The position numbers and the translations under genes were made by a program. Shown here piece after piece: positions 41,631-52,233 of a DNA stretch of 64,000 nucleotides. Every line of letters begins with the position of its first letter. The first letter of the stretch is position 1. This stretch comes from an uncultured Clostridia bacterium (GTDB lineage Bacteria > Bacillota > Clostridia > TANB77 > CAG-465). The notes below the pieces were generated by a model, which saw only the letters and a list, made by a program, of their open reading frames with translations, did no database searches and was not told where the DNA came from. The stretch lies in the NCBI GenBank assembly GCA_947632635.1, contig CANRQA010000001.1:44809-108808 (forward strand), read 5' to 3'.

Positions 41631-44000
41631 TTGGAATATGATGTATTTATAAGTTATCATACAAAGTCATCATTAAATGTAACTAAATCAATTTGTAATG
41701 AATTAGAAAATAGAAAAATAAAATGTTGGTATGCACCACGTGACACTCTTGATGAGTATGCAAATAATATAATAAATGTAATAGAAAGATGTAAAGTTTT
41801 TTTACTTATTTTAAACGAGGAATCATCAAATTCATTTGATGTATTAAATGAAATAAATATTGTATGTGAAAGACTTAGAAAAAAGGAAGCAGTACATGTA
41901 ATTCCATTTCAAATCTCAGAGGGTGAAATAAGTAAAGATGCAAAATACTATTTAGGAAGGTTTCACTGGATAGATGCAATAACACCTCCACTTGAAAAAA
42001 GGATAAAAGAACTTGCTGACCGTATAGAATATGTATTAAATAATAATGTAAGCGCCTCACAAAGTGAGTATAAATATGATAATTATTTAACAGCATTAAA
42101 AAGTACAGCAATTTGCAATTTTACAGGCTTTATCGGTAGAAAAAGAGAATTAAAAGAAATTGAGGAAAATATTAAAAATTATGGTAAAGTATTTTTGTAT
42201 GGAATGGGTGGAATTGGAAAAAGTGAACTTGCTAAAAAATACGCAAAATTAAATGAAACAAAATATGATACGATTATTTTTTCAGTATATGAGAATAGTC
42301 TAAAAGATATGATTTTAAATGATAAGTTTTTCTATATTGAAAATTTCAAGAAAAAAGTATGTGAAGATGGCTCTTTAGAAAGTAATGATGAATTTTTTAT
42401 AAGAAAGTTAAATGAAATAAAACGCCTTTCAAATGAAAAAACTTTAATTATTATAGATAATTTTAATACAGATAATAAAGAGGAATTAAAGTTATTAATT
42501 GACGGAAATTATCATTTAATATTTACAACACGAAATGATTTTTCATATTCAAGACTTCCTGTTATAACTATAAATCAAATGGAAGATAAAGCTGATCTTA
42601 TTTCATTATTTGAAGAAAATTATATTATAAAATTAAAAGAAGAGGATAAAGAAATAGTATATGAGATTATAAATGAAATAAAAGGGCATACATTAGTAAT
42701 AACTCTTATTGCAAGTTTAATGAGGTTAACACGTATATCACCTAAAAAAATGTTAGAAAAATTAAAAGAGGGAATTACACCTGATATAAAAGGGGAAGTA
42801 GAATATAATTTTAAAGATTATGACTGTATATATAATTGTATTAAAACAGTATTTGATACTTCTAATTTAACAGAAAATGAAAAAGATATATTAATGAAAA
42901 TGTATTTTACTCAAACTTCAGGTATAGCTTTTGAAGAGTTTATGGAACTTGCTGATATAGAAGACGGTGAAGATATAAATAAATTAATAAATAAATCAAT
43001 GATTTTGTATAATTATGTATCTGACATTATATCTCTACATCCATTAATTTCAAGTGTTATAAAAAATGAGCTAAATCCTAACTTTGAAACTGCAAAGACT
43101 ATAATTTCAAATATAGCGAGTAGATACTCTTGGGACCTTGAACTTAAAGAAAAAGAAAAATATATACCATTAATTTTATCTATATATAGTAAGTTACCTG
43201 ATTTTACAATAAATGAGGCAACTGATTATGCAAAATTAAGTTTTTATTTACGTGATGTAAATGAATTTAAATTGTCAGAAGAAATAATTTTTAAAGTATT
43301 AGCTATATCAAAAACAACAAATGTTACAGAAAAGGAAATGGGTAATTTATATAAAGAAATTGAATATTTATATTATGTTCAAAATGACTTAGAAAAAGCA
43401 AAAGAGTACACTTTTAAAATGATGGAATGTGGTAAAGCGATAGGAACTCCAAGTTATTTACTTGTAGAAGCACTTAATAAACTTGCTTCAATTTATGTTG
43501 ATGAAGAAAATGCGGATATGGCAAAAAAATATAATGATGAATGTTGTGAAATAATGAAAGATGTACCTGATTTGCCAGCTACTCAATATGCTTTTTGCGA
43601 TTTATGTTATTGTAAAATTTACTATTTATTAGAAGATTATGATAAAGCTTTAGAATATGCAATCTCTTGTCATAAGAAATTTTCTGATATAAATAAATAT
43701 CATAACGTAAGCAGTGCTTTAAAAATGATTGGTGAAATATATTTAAAAAAACATGATATTCCTAATGCAATTAAAAATTTAGAAGAGTGTGTCCTTATAC
43801 GAGAAAAATATTGTAAATTTGATAATATCGCATTATTAAAATGCAAAGTGATACTTGCTAGTGTATATATAGAAGCTAAAGAATTTAAAAAAGCATATGA
43901 AATACTTGATAGTGTAAATAATATTCTAACTAATGGATCTTTTAATTGTAGTAATTTGCAAAATCAGGTTAGTGAAAAACTTAAATTATGTAATATTTGA
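41631..44000 (+). CDS. TIR domain - NB-ARC/STAND P-loop NTPase - TPR repeat protein (Avs/NLR-like candidate antiphage sensor)
   Basis: N-terminal EYDVFISYHTKSS...KIKCWYAPRD...VFLLILNEESSNSFDVLNEINIV (TIR); GFIGRKRELKEI...VFLYGMGGIGKSELAKKYA Walker A, LIIIDNFN Walker B, TTR motif (NB-ARC); C-terminal ~350 aa of TPR-like helical repeats; TTG start 6 nt after GAAGGAGTGA. Confidence 0.8.
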   Translation: MEYDVFISYHTKSSLNVTKSICNELENRKIKCWYAPRDTLDEYANNIINVIERCKVFLLILNEESSNSFDVLNEINIVCERLRKKEAVHVIPFQISEGEISKDAKYYLGRFHWIDAITPPLEKRIKELADRIEYVLNNNVSASQSEYKYDNYLTALKSTAICNFTGFIGRKRELKEIEENIKNYGKVFLYGMGGIGKSELAKKYAKLNETKYDTIIFSVYENSLKDMILNDKFFYIENFKKKVCEDGSLESNDEFFIRKLNEIKRLSNEKTLIIIDNFNTDNKEELKLLIDGNYHLIFTTRNDFSYSRLPVITINQMEDKADLISLFEENYIIKLKEEDKEIVYEIINEIKGHTLVITLIASLMRLTRISPKKMLEKLKEGITPDIKGEVEYNFKDYDCIYNCIKTVFDTSNLTENEKDILMKMYFTQTSGIAFEEFMELADIEDGEDINKLINKSMILYNYVSDIISLHPLISSVIKNELNPNFETAKTIISNIASRYSWDLELKEKEKYIPLILSIYSKLPDFTINEATDYAKLSFYLRDVNEFKLSEEIIFKVLAISKTTNVTEKEMGNLYKEIEYLYYVQNDLEKAKEYTFKMMECGKAIGTPSYLLVEALNKLASIYVDEENADMAKKYNDECCEIMKDVPDLPATQYAFCDLCYCKIYYLLEDYDKALEYAISCHKKFSDINKYHNVSSALKMIGEIYLKKHDIPNAIKNLEECVLIREKYCKFDNIALLKCKVILASVYIEAKEFKKAYEILDSVNNILTNGSFNCSNLQNQVSEKLKLCNI

Positions 44001-44125
44001 TTTGTTATAATTTGTTATAATTTGATGATATTTGACATAAAACTTGACATCCTTTTAAAAATTTGTTACAATATATTTATAACTAATTTTAATGTAAAAT
44101 AACTATTTTAGAGGGGGAAAGTTTA

Positions 44126-44329
44126 ATGAATATTATTCTTATAATTGCAGTAGTATTGTTGTTTTTAATTTATAGATTTATAGATATGTGTTTTCGGAGA
44201 TCATATTGCTATTATATTCAGCGCGGGCTTTATATTGATGTAAGAAATTTTGTAATTTCTATAAAGAAAATTATAATATTATTAATTTTTACATTACTTG
44301 TAATATTGCTCTTTAGATTACTTGTATAG
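44126..44329 (+). CDS. small 67-aa two-TM membrane protein with its own strong promoter and RBS
   Basis: TTGACA-N17-TACAAT (44058-44086), RBS GAGGGGGAAAG, terminator at 44333-44378. Confidence 0.45.
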   Translation: MNIILIIAVVLLFLIYRFIDMCFRRSYCYYIQRGLYIDVRNFVISIKKIIILLIFTLLVILLFRLLV

Positions 44330-44332
44330 TTT

Positions 44333-44378
44333 AAAAAATCGTTGATTTTACGAATGTAATTTCAACGATTTTTTTATT
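44333..44378. terminator. bidirectional rho-independent terminator
   Basis: AAAAATCGTTGA...TCAACGATTTTT perfect 12-bp stem, T-runs both sides. Confidence 0.65.
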
Positions 44379-45640
44379 TAACAGCAATTATCTCCACATA
44401 ATGGTTCACGACCAACACATACATTATCTACTTTTCTATCTCTTAGGCATTCAACAGGATTTGGAGCAACCTCAAATCTATAATCACAGCCATTACATTT
44501 AATGTATTTATCTATAACAATATGACTAGGTACTTCGCATACATCAGAATTTACTATATTTTGATATTTAAAGAAATCAAAATCTTTAGGTGCGTCACAT
44601 ACAGGTATATAATCTTCACGCATTTGAGTATAACTTGCTGTATTTTTTAAAATGTTACGAACATACTCAATATTTGGACCTAAGCACAATAATTTTGGAA
44701 AAGTACCATTAGGTATAACTTGCTGCCATTCCTTGCCCTCATATTTTTGCAAAAGTGAAGCAGCAAAGTGAAGTTGGGCAACTTCTTGCTCAAAGAACTG
44801 TTCCCATATACATTTTACATATTTATCGGTTTCATCATTTAAGCAGGAATAATATAGGTAACACTCAGTATATTCATGCATTAATAGATTTTCAAGCCAA
44901 GTTTGATTTGGATCAATTAAACTTCCATATTGTGTAACGTGTTCTTCTTCTACAAGTCCTATTTCTTGATATAATTTTCTACCTATATCAGAGGTATAAA
45001 ATCCAGTTACATTCATGTAATAGTTCATAGTCTGTTGTTCTGCAGCAGTTATAATATTTACGTGTAATTTTGTTAAAGGATCAGCAGTTTTGTTATTTAT
45101 ATAGTAATTAATAGTATCAGCTGGAGCTCTATGATGTGAAATTGTTGGTCTTCCTGGCATTATTTCAGTATATCTACCAACTAGATTTTCTGCTTGTATT
45201 CCATATTCCATATCAAGTAAATCAGAATATCTGTATAAATGGTCAAAATCTTCAAGTAAAGCAAAATCTAAAGCGTTTTTTACATTTTGGTCTGGCTCAT
45301 CTTGTGCCATTCTTGCAGTTAAATCAACTGCTAATTGTTCATATGATATAGTAGTTTCTAAGATATTTTCGTTAATAGGTTTTAAATTTGCGAGTTTCAT
45401 TTGTTGTTGCTTTTCAACACGTCTACTTAATGCAATACATCTTCTTAAATCGTTATTATTGCAATTCCTAGAAAATTGATGTGAAAACCAATTAGCTTCA
45501 AATTCAGTACCATTCATAAGTATAATACGTGTTTTTGTATATGGATTTACTTCATACTTATTATATGGCTTTGGATAAATTTCTTTCCAGTTCATAAGAG
45601 TTTTTTCAACGCTTACCGGCTTTAGTTCAAATGGATTCAT
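44378..45640 (-). CDS. hypothetical protein with ferritin-like diiron-type motifs and a Cys-rich C-terminus
   Basis: candidate carboxylate/His ligand motifs LEDFDHLY, EEEHVTQYG, LMHEYTE; C-terminal CNGCDY...CLRDRKVDNVCVGREPLCGDNCC; family not assigned. Confidence 0.45.
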   Translation of the reverse strand: MNPFELKPVSVEKTLMNWKEIYPKPYNKYEVNPYTKTRIILMNGTEFEANWFSHQFSRNCNNNDLRRCIALSRRVEKQQQMKLANLKPINENILETTISYEQLAVDLTARMAQDEPDQNVKNALDFALLEDFDHLYRYSDLLDMEYGIQAENLVGRYTEIMPGRPTISHHRAPADTINYYINNKTADPLTKLHVNIITAAEQQTMNYYMNVTGFYTSDIGRKLYQEIGLVEEEHVTQYGSLIDPNQTWLENLLMHEYTECYLYYSCLNDETDKYVKCIWEQFFEQEVAQLHFAASLLQKYEGKEWQQVIPNGTFPKLLCLGPNIEYVRNILKNTASYTQMREDYIPVCDAPKDFDFFKYQNIVNSDVCEVPSHIVIDKYIKCNGCDYRFEVAPNPVECLRDRKVDNVCVGREPLCGDNCC

Positions 45641-45695
45641 TTACTTATCACACTCCTTACCAAATTATATTCTTTTATATGTTATTTATGACAGA

Positions 45696-47211
45696 TTATA
45701 TTTTAAAATCATTTTTAGAAATAATGGAGGCAAAAGCTAAATATGAAAGATATACAAAAATAAATATTGATATATTTATAACAAGTGAAAACATAGCATT
45801 TTCTAAATTAATTCCTATAAATTTAATTACATATCTTGAAAGGAAAATTCCAGATAGTGGAATAATTCCCCAAAGTAAATAATTAATTTTTATTTTTGAT
45901 ACTTTAATAAGCTGAATTACGCTAATTGTGGTATTTAATATCTCACTTACATATAGCACAACTATATAACCATTTATACCCATTATTGGAAGTAATATAT
46001 ATAACAGAAAAGTGCTTAAAAACAAATCTAAAATATTACATTTCATAACTGCCACTTGCTCATTTAGTCCTTTTAAAATGCCGTCTACAATTGTATCTAT
46101 ATACATTAGAATTATTAAAGGTGCAAGTAATTTAATAAAATGAACTACATTTGTATCGTTATAAATGATATTTGAAAGTGCGTCTGGAAAAGTAAAGAAA
46201 ACACCAAATACTAGTATTGCAAATATAAATGTAATCTTAAGAATTCTATTACTTATTCTTTTTATTTGTTTATTATCGCCTTTTGCATAAAAGGTAGAAA
46301 ATTCCGGTATTAAAAGCCCACTAATTGTTGTAATAATTACACTTGGAAAAAGTAGAAGGGGTAGAGCCATACCGACTTACTATTCCATAATCTGCAAGTG
46401 CTTTTTCACAAGACATACCAGATTTTTCAAGACGTAAAGGGATAATTAATTGTTTTAAAGTTGAAAGCCCTGAACGTATATATGAGGTAAGAGCTATTGG
46501 TGCTGCTATTTTTATTATTTCTTTTTTGTAGTTTGTGGTATCAGTAAAGTTATTATTACTTTCTTTTAAATATTTATTCTTATCATGTTTATATAATATG
46601 TAAATATAACTAAAAGAGGCAAGCTCAGAAATAACATCCCCTATAACTAGGCTAAGACAAGCATATTCAAGGCCTTTTGGTAAGAATATAGAAAGTATAT
46701 ATGAGGTTGCTATTATTTTTACAAATTGTTCTAATATTTGTGAAGATGCCGTTTTTATAACTCTCCTTACAGCACTAAAATACCCATTAATTGCAGCAGA
46801 CATTGCAATAAATGGTAGACCAATTGCAATAGCATAAAGTGGCTTTTTTGAAATTTTTCCATGCAAACATATATTAGTTATAAAATTAGAAAAGAGAAGA
46901 ATAACAAGCCCTGATATAATTCCAAGTATAAGACTATATAAAATACATTTCTTCATAACGCTTTTTGCTGATGCTTCTTCATTTTTTGCTAAAGTTTCAG
47001 TTACAAGCCTTGTTGCAGCAATACTAATTCCAGATGTTGCAAGAGTTATTGCAAAAAGATATACAGACATAATAAGCTGAAAAAGTCCAATTCCTTCTGC
47101 ACCTACTTTATTTGAAACATATACATTAAAAGACATACCTACACTTCGTATTATAAAAGAGGTAATAGTAAGTATTACACTATTAATTACAAATAATTTT
47201 GCCTTTCGCAT
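45696..47211 (-). pseudogene. spoVB: SpoVB/MOP-superfamily flippase (stage V sporulation protein B-like) split by an apparent +1 frameshift
   Basis: N-terminal ORF (47211..46321) MRKAKLFVINSVILTITSFIIRSVGMSFNVYVSNKVGAEGIGLFQLIMSVYLFAITLATSGISIAATRLVTE matches SpoVB; it ends in ...DYGIVSRYGSTPSTFSKCNYYNN* while the continuation MALPLLLFPSVIITTISGLLIPEFS (46370..45696) is in the +1 frame. Confidence 0.7.
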
Positions 47212-47415
47212 GTTATCACCTTTGAAGATAAATAATATTATTAAAATATATGTTAAAATATCGATATTCATTCTATTAAGATTTTAAAAATACAAAACAT
47301 AAAAATGAAATATAAATGAAAAAAAAGTGAAATATTTGTGTAAAAATATGTCTAAATTTGTTGACATGTAAATATAAAAGTAGTATAATAAGATGTAGAC
47401 ATAAGGAGTGAAAAG

Positions 47416-48510
47416 ATGTCAAAAAAAAATAAGGAAAATAAAAAAGAAATTGAAAATAATGAAAGTAAAATTAAAAGATTATTTACAAAGAAAAAAATAA
47501 TATTATATATAGCTATACTTTTAATTATTTGTTTAATAGTTTTAGCAACATTACTCTTAATTAATAGAATATCAGGAAAAAGTGAAGTCATATCAGTAAA
47601 TGGTATCTCTTATACCAAGGATGACTATATGATGTATTTAAGACTTTCAAAAACTTCACTATTTGATGAAAATACAACGAGGTTACCAAGAGCAACTTTA
47701 AATACTATAGTCGACGTTGAAAATAATATAAACGCTGAAACTTATTTAAGAAATAAAACAGAAGAAAACTTAAAAATTGCTGGAGCAATAGAAAAAATTG
47801 CTGCAGATAATGGCATTGCATTAGATGATAAGGCATATGCAGAGCTTGAGGCAGATAAACTTGCATATATCGAAAAACTAGGTGGCAAATTTGAGTTTTA
47901 CAAATTTTTATATGATAATAGAACAAGTGAAGAAGCATATGATAAGATAGCTAGAGTAGATAAATTATATAAATTAGTTTATGATACGTTGTATGCTGAG
48001 GGTAAATCTAAGGATATTACACAAAAGGATAAAGAAAGAGTAAAAAGCACTTACCAAAACCAATATAAAAAGGCAAGACAAATCTTCCTTATAACTGTAG
48101 ATACTGAAACAAAAAAGGAAATTTCACCGACAATAACAGAGCAAAAGAAACGTCTTGCAGAGGCTCTGCGTGCAGAACTTAATGAAGAATCTGATTTTAA
48201 CGAATATATAAAAAAATATAGTGATGATGCTGCAGGAAAGGAACCACCTTATGATATGTATTTTAAGAGTGGTCAATTACTTAAAATTTTAGAGGAAACT
48301 ATTGATGATTTAAAAGAAAATGAAATTAGTCAAGTTGTAAAATCTGAATATGGATATCACATTATAAGAAGAGATCCATTAGACGATGAGTATCTTGAAG
48401 AAATGTATGAAAGTGAGAGAGAAAATAACTTTTTAACTGCCATATCTAATGAAATCAAGGACTCAAAAATAATAATTCAAGATAGTTTTACTACTCTTAG
48501 AGTAGATTAA
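47416..48510 (+). CDS. prsA: PrsA-like foldase / parvulin-type peptidyl-prolyl isomerase, membrane anchored
   Basis: N-terminal TM helix, C-terminal PpiC/parvulin signature ENEISQVVKSEYGYHII. Confidence 0.65.
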   Translation: MSKKNKENKKEIENNESKIKRLFTKKKIILYIAILLIICLIVLATLLLINRISGKSEVISVNGISYTKDDYMMYLRLSKTSLFDENTTRLPRATLNTIVDVENNINAETYLRNKTEENLKIAGAIEKIAADNGIALDDKAYAELEADKLAYIEKLGGKFEFYKFLYDNRTSEEAYDKIARVDKLYKLVYDTLYAEGKSKDITQKDKERVKSTYQNQYKKARQIFLITVDTETKKEISPTITEQKKRLAEALRAELNEESDFNEYIKKYSDDAAGKEPPYDMYFKSGQLLKILEETIDDLKENEISQVVKSEYGYHIIRRDPLDDEYLEEMYESERENNFLTAISNEIKDSKIIIQDSFTTLRVD

Positions 48511-48543
48511 CTATAAATAAATATAATAAAGGGGGAGCTTTAA

Positions 48544-50412
48544 ATGACAACAAATACGTCATCAAACAAAACAAAGATTATCTTTGGTGTTGTTCTTGCA
48601 TGTATTACAGTATTACTTATCGTTTTACTTATATTACATTCAATTAACACAAATAGACTTGATAATCTTGTTGGAAATGTAGCAAAAGATGAAGAAGTAC
48701 AAAGCTTAAAAGAAATTACTGATGAAACTAGTGAGAAAGTTAATGAACTTACTGAATTAGATACAAAAGTATCTGATTTAAGAGCAGATATTTTAGATGC
48801 TCAAACAAGTATCACTGCAACACAAAAAGCAACATCTGATACAATTCAAGAAAAAATCGTTGATCTTGTAGATAATTACAACGATTTGAATAAAAAAGTA
48901 GATGGAGTTGTTGCAAAAGAAGAAACACTAAAGACAAAAGCAGAAGAAGAAACAGTTGTAGAACTTGCTAATTCTTTATATGCTAAAATAGAAGAAACTA
49001 GACAATCTTTAGAAGATATGATTGTAGAGGCTCAAATTGATATTAAACTTTATACTTCTCAAGTAGTTGAAAATGCAACAAATGAAGTAAACACAAACAC
49101 AAACCAAACAGTAAACGCAGCTAAAAATGAAATAAATACTAATACAAACCAAACAGTAAACGCAGCTAAAGAAGAAGTAAATACAAATACAAACCAAACA
49201 GTAAACGCTGCTAAAGAAGAAGTAAATACAAATACAAACCAAACAGTGAACGCTGCTAAAAATGAAATTAATACAAATACAAACAAAGAAGTAAACGCTG
49301 CTAAAGAAGAAGTAAACACAAATACAAACCAAACAGTAAACGCTGCTAAAAATGAAATAAATACTAATACAGACCAAACAGTAAACGCTGCTAAAAATGA
49401 AATAAATACTAATACAAACAAAGAAGTAAATGCAGCTAAAAATGAGATAAATACAAACACAGACCAAACAGTAAATGCAGCTAAAAATGAAATTAATACA
49501 AACACAAACCAAACAGTAAATGCTGCTAAAGAAGAAATTAATACAAATATTCTAAATGCACAAACATTTTTATCAACTAGAATTATTGAAGCAAGAGATA
49601 TTATAGATAAAAACATAATATCAGCAAGAGATAATATTAATAAAAATACAATATCAGCAAGAGATAATATTAACAAAAATATAATATCAGCAAGAGATAT
49701 TATAGGCAAAAATATAGTATCAGCAAGAGATATTGTAGATAAAAACATAGTATCAGCAAGAGATAATATTAACAAAAACATAATATCTGCAAGGGATATT
49801 ATAGGCAAAAATATAGTATCAGCAAGAGATATTGTAGATAAAAATATAATATCAGCAAGAGATATTATAGATAAAAACATAGTATCAGCAAGAGATAACA
49901 TTAATAAAAATCTTGCAGCTGGATTTAATGATTTAAAAGAAGAGCATTCAAAAATTACTGAAAGTATTACTAATTTAACAACTACTATTACTGGCTTGAG
50001 TACTAGAGTTGATGAATATAATACAGGTTTAAAGGCTAATACTGAAACTATAGATAAATTAATTGGTACTGGTAAAGAAGTTAATTTAACTAATATTAAT
50101 ACTAAAGTTGAAAATATAACTTCATTAATAGGTGTTAAAGAAGATACAGCTGGTAATGATACAGTATTTGGTAGATTTGCAAAAATATCTAGTGAAATAT
50201 CTGGTCTTGATAATAAGATTGATATTATAGACGGAAATGTTGATGCAATTCTTGATAGAGTTAATGGTGCATATAAATTAGATGCTGCACAAAGAAATTC
50301 TTTGATTTTATTAATTAAACAAGGACTTGACGCTAAATGGAATGAGTATACATTCAATTGGTACATAGTTGAATGGTTAAAATCATCTTTAAATGTTGCA
50401 GTAGTAGAGTAA
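48544..50412 (+). CDS. membrane-anchored coiled-coil/tandem-repeat surface protein
   Basis: N-terminal TM helix, coiled-coil segment, then 10 x 15-aa repeats (NE(V/I)NTNTNQTVNAAK) and ~10 x 10-aa repeats (ARD(I/N)I(D/N/G)KNI(I/V)S); RBS GGGGGAG. Confidence 0.6.
   Translation: MTTNTSSNKTKIIFGVVLACITVLLIVLLILHSINTNRLDNLVGNVAKDEEVQSLKEITDETSEKVNELTELDTKVSDLRADILDAQTSITATQKATSDTIQEKIVDLVDNYNDLNKKVDGVVAKEETLKTKAEEETVVELANSLYAKIEETRQSLEDMIVEAQIDIKLYTSQVVENATNEVNTNTNQTVNAAKNEINTNTNQTVNAAKEEVNTNTNQTVNAAKEEVNTNTNQTVNAAKNEINTNTNKEVNAAKEEVNTNTNQTVNAAKNEINTNTDQTVNAAKNEINTNTNKEVNAAKNEINTNTDQTVNAAKNEINTNTNQTVNAAKEEINTNILNAQTFLSTRIIEARDIIDKNIISARDNINKNTISARDNINKNIISARDIIGKNIVSARDIVDKNIVSARDNINKNIISARDIIGKNIVSARDIVDKNIISARDIIDKNIVSARDNINKNLAAGFNDLKEEHSKITESITNLTTTITGLSTRVDEYNTGLKANTETIDKLIGTGKEVNLTNINTKVENITSLIGVKEDTAGNDTVFGRFAKISSEISGLDNKIDIIDGNVDAILDRVNGAYKLDAAQRNSLILLIKQGLDAKWNEYTFNWYIVEWLKSSLNVAVVE
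49081..49530 (+). repeat. in-frame tandem repeat array, 45-nt unit x 10 (plus partial 11th)
   Basis: direct reading of near-identical 45-nt units starting aatgaa(g/a)t(a/t)aa(c/t)ac...gtaaa(c/t)gc(a/t)gctaaa. Confidence 0.9.
49588..49917 (+). repeat. in-frame tandem repeat array, 30-nt unit x ~10-11
   Basis: units tcagcaagagat(a/at)t(t/a)...aaaaa(c/t)ata(a/g)ta repeated head-to-tail. Confidence 0.85.
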
Positions 50413-50561
50413 ATACAAAAAGGTACTAACTAAACTTAGTGCCTTTTTCCTTACATAAAACACAAACATAATTTTGTAAAGAAAATTTAATCATAAATTG
50501 TCGAAATTTTATTGCATATTTAGGATATGTATAATATAATTTGAACGTAGAAATTATGTAA

Positions 50562-52184
<1,623 letters not shown>

Positions 52185-52189
52185 CATGA

Positions 52190-52226
52190 AAAGAGCCAGA
52201 CTTTGAATTGTCTGACTCTTTTAAAA
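52190..52226. terminator. bidirectional terminator between convergent pyrG and downstream minus-strand gene
   Basis: AAGAGCCAGAC...GTCTGACTCTT stem (one mismatch) with T-runs. Confidence 0.55.
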
Positions 52227-52233
52227 TTAATTG

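Noticed and set aside
49009-50366. Long minus-strand ORFs (167 aa and 435 aa) antisense to the repeat protein
   Set aside because: They are produced by the tandem repeats read on the opposite strand (low-complexity Cys/Phe/Leu strings), have no RBS, and lie wholly inside a well-supported + strand gene.
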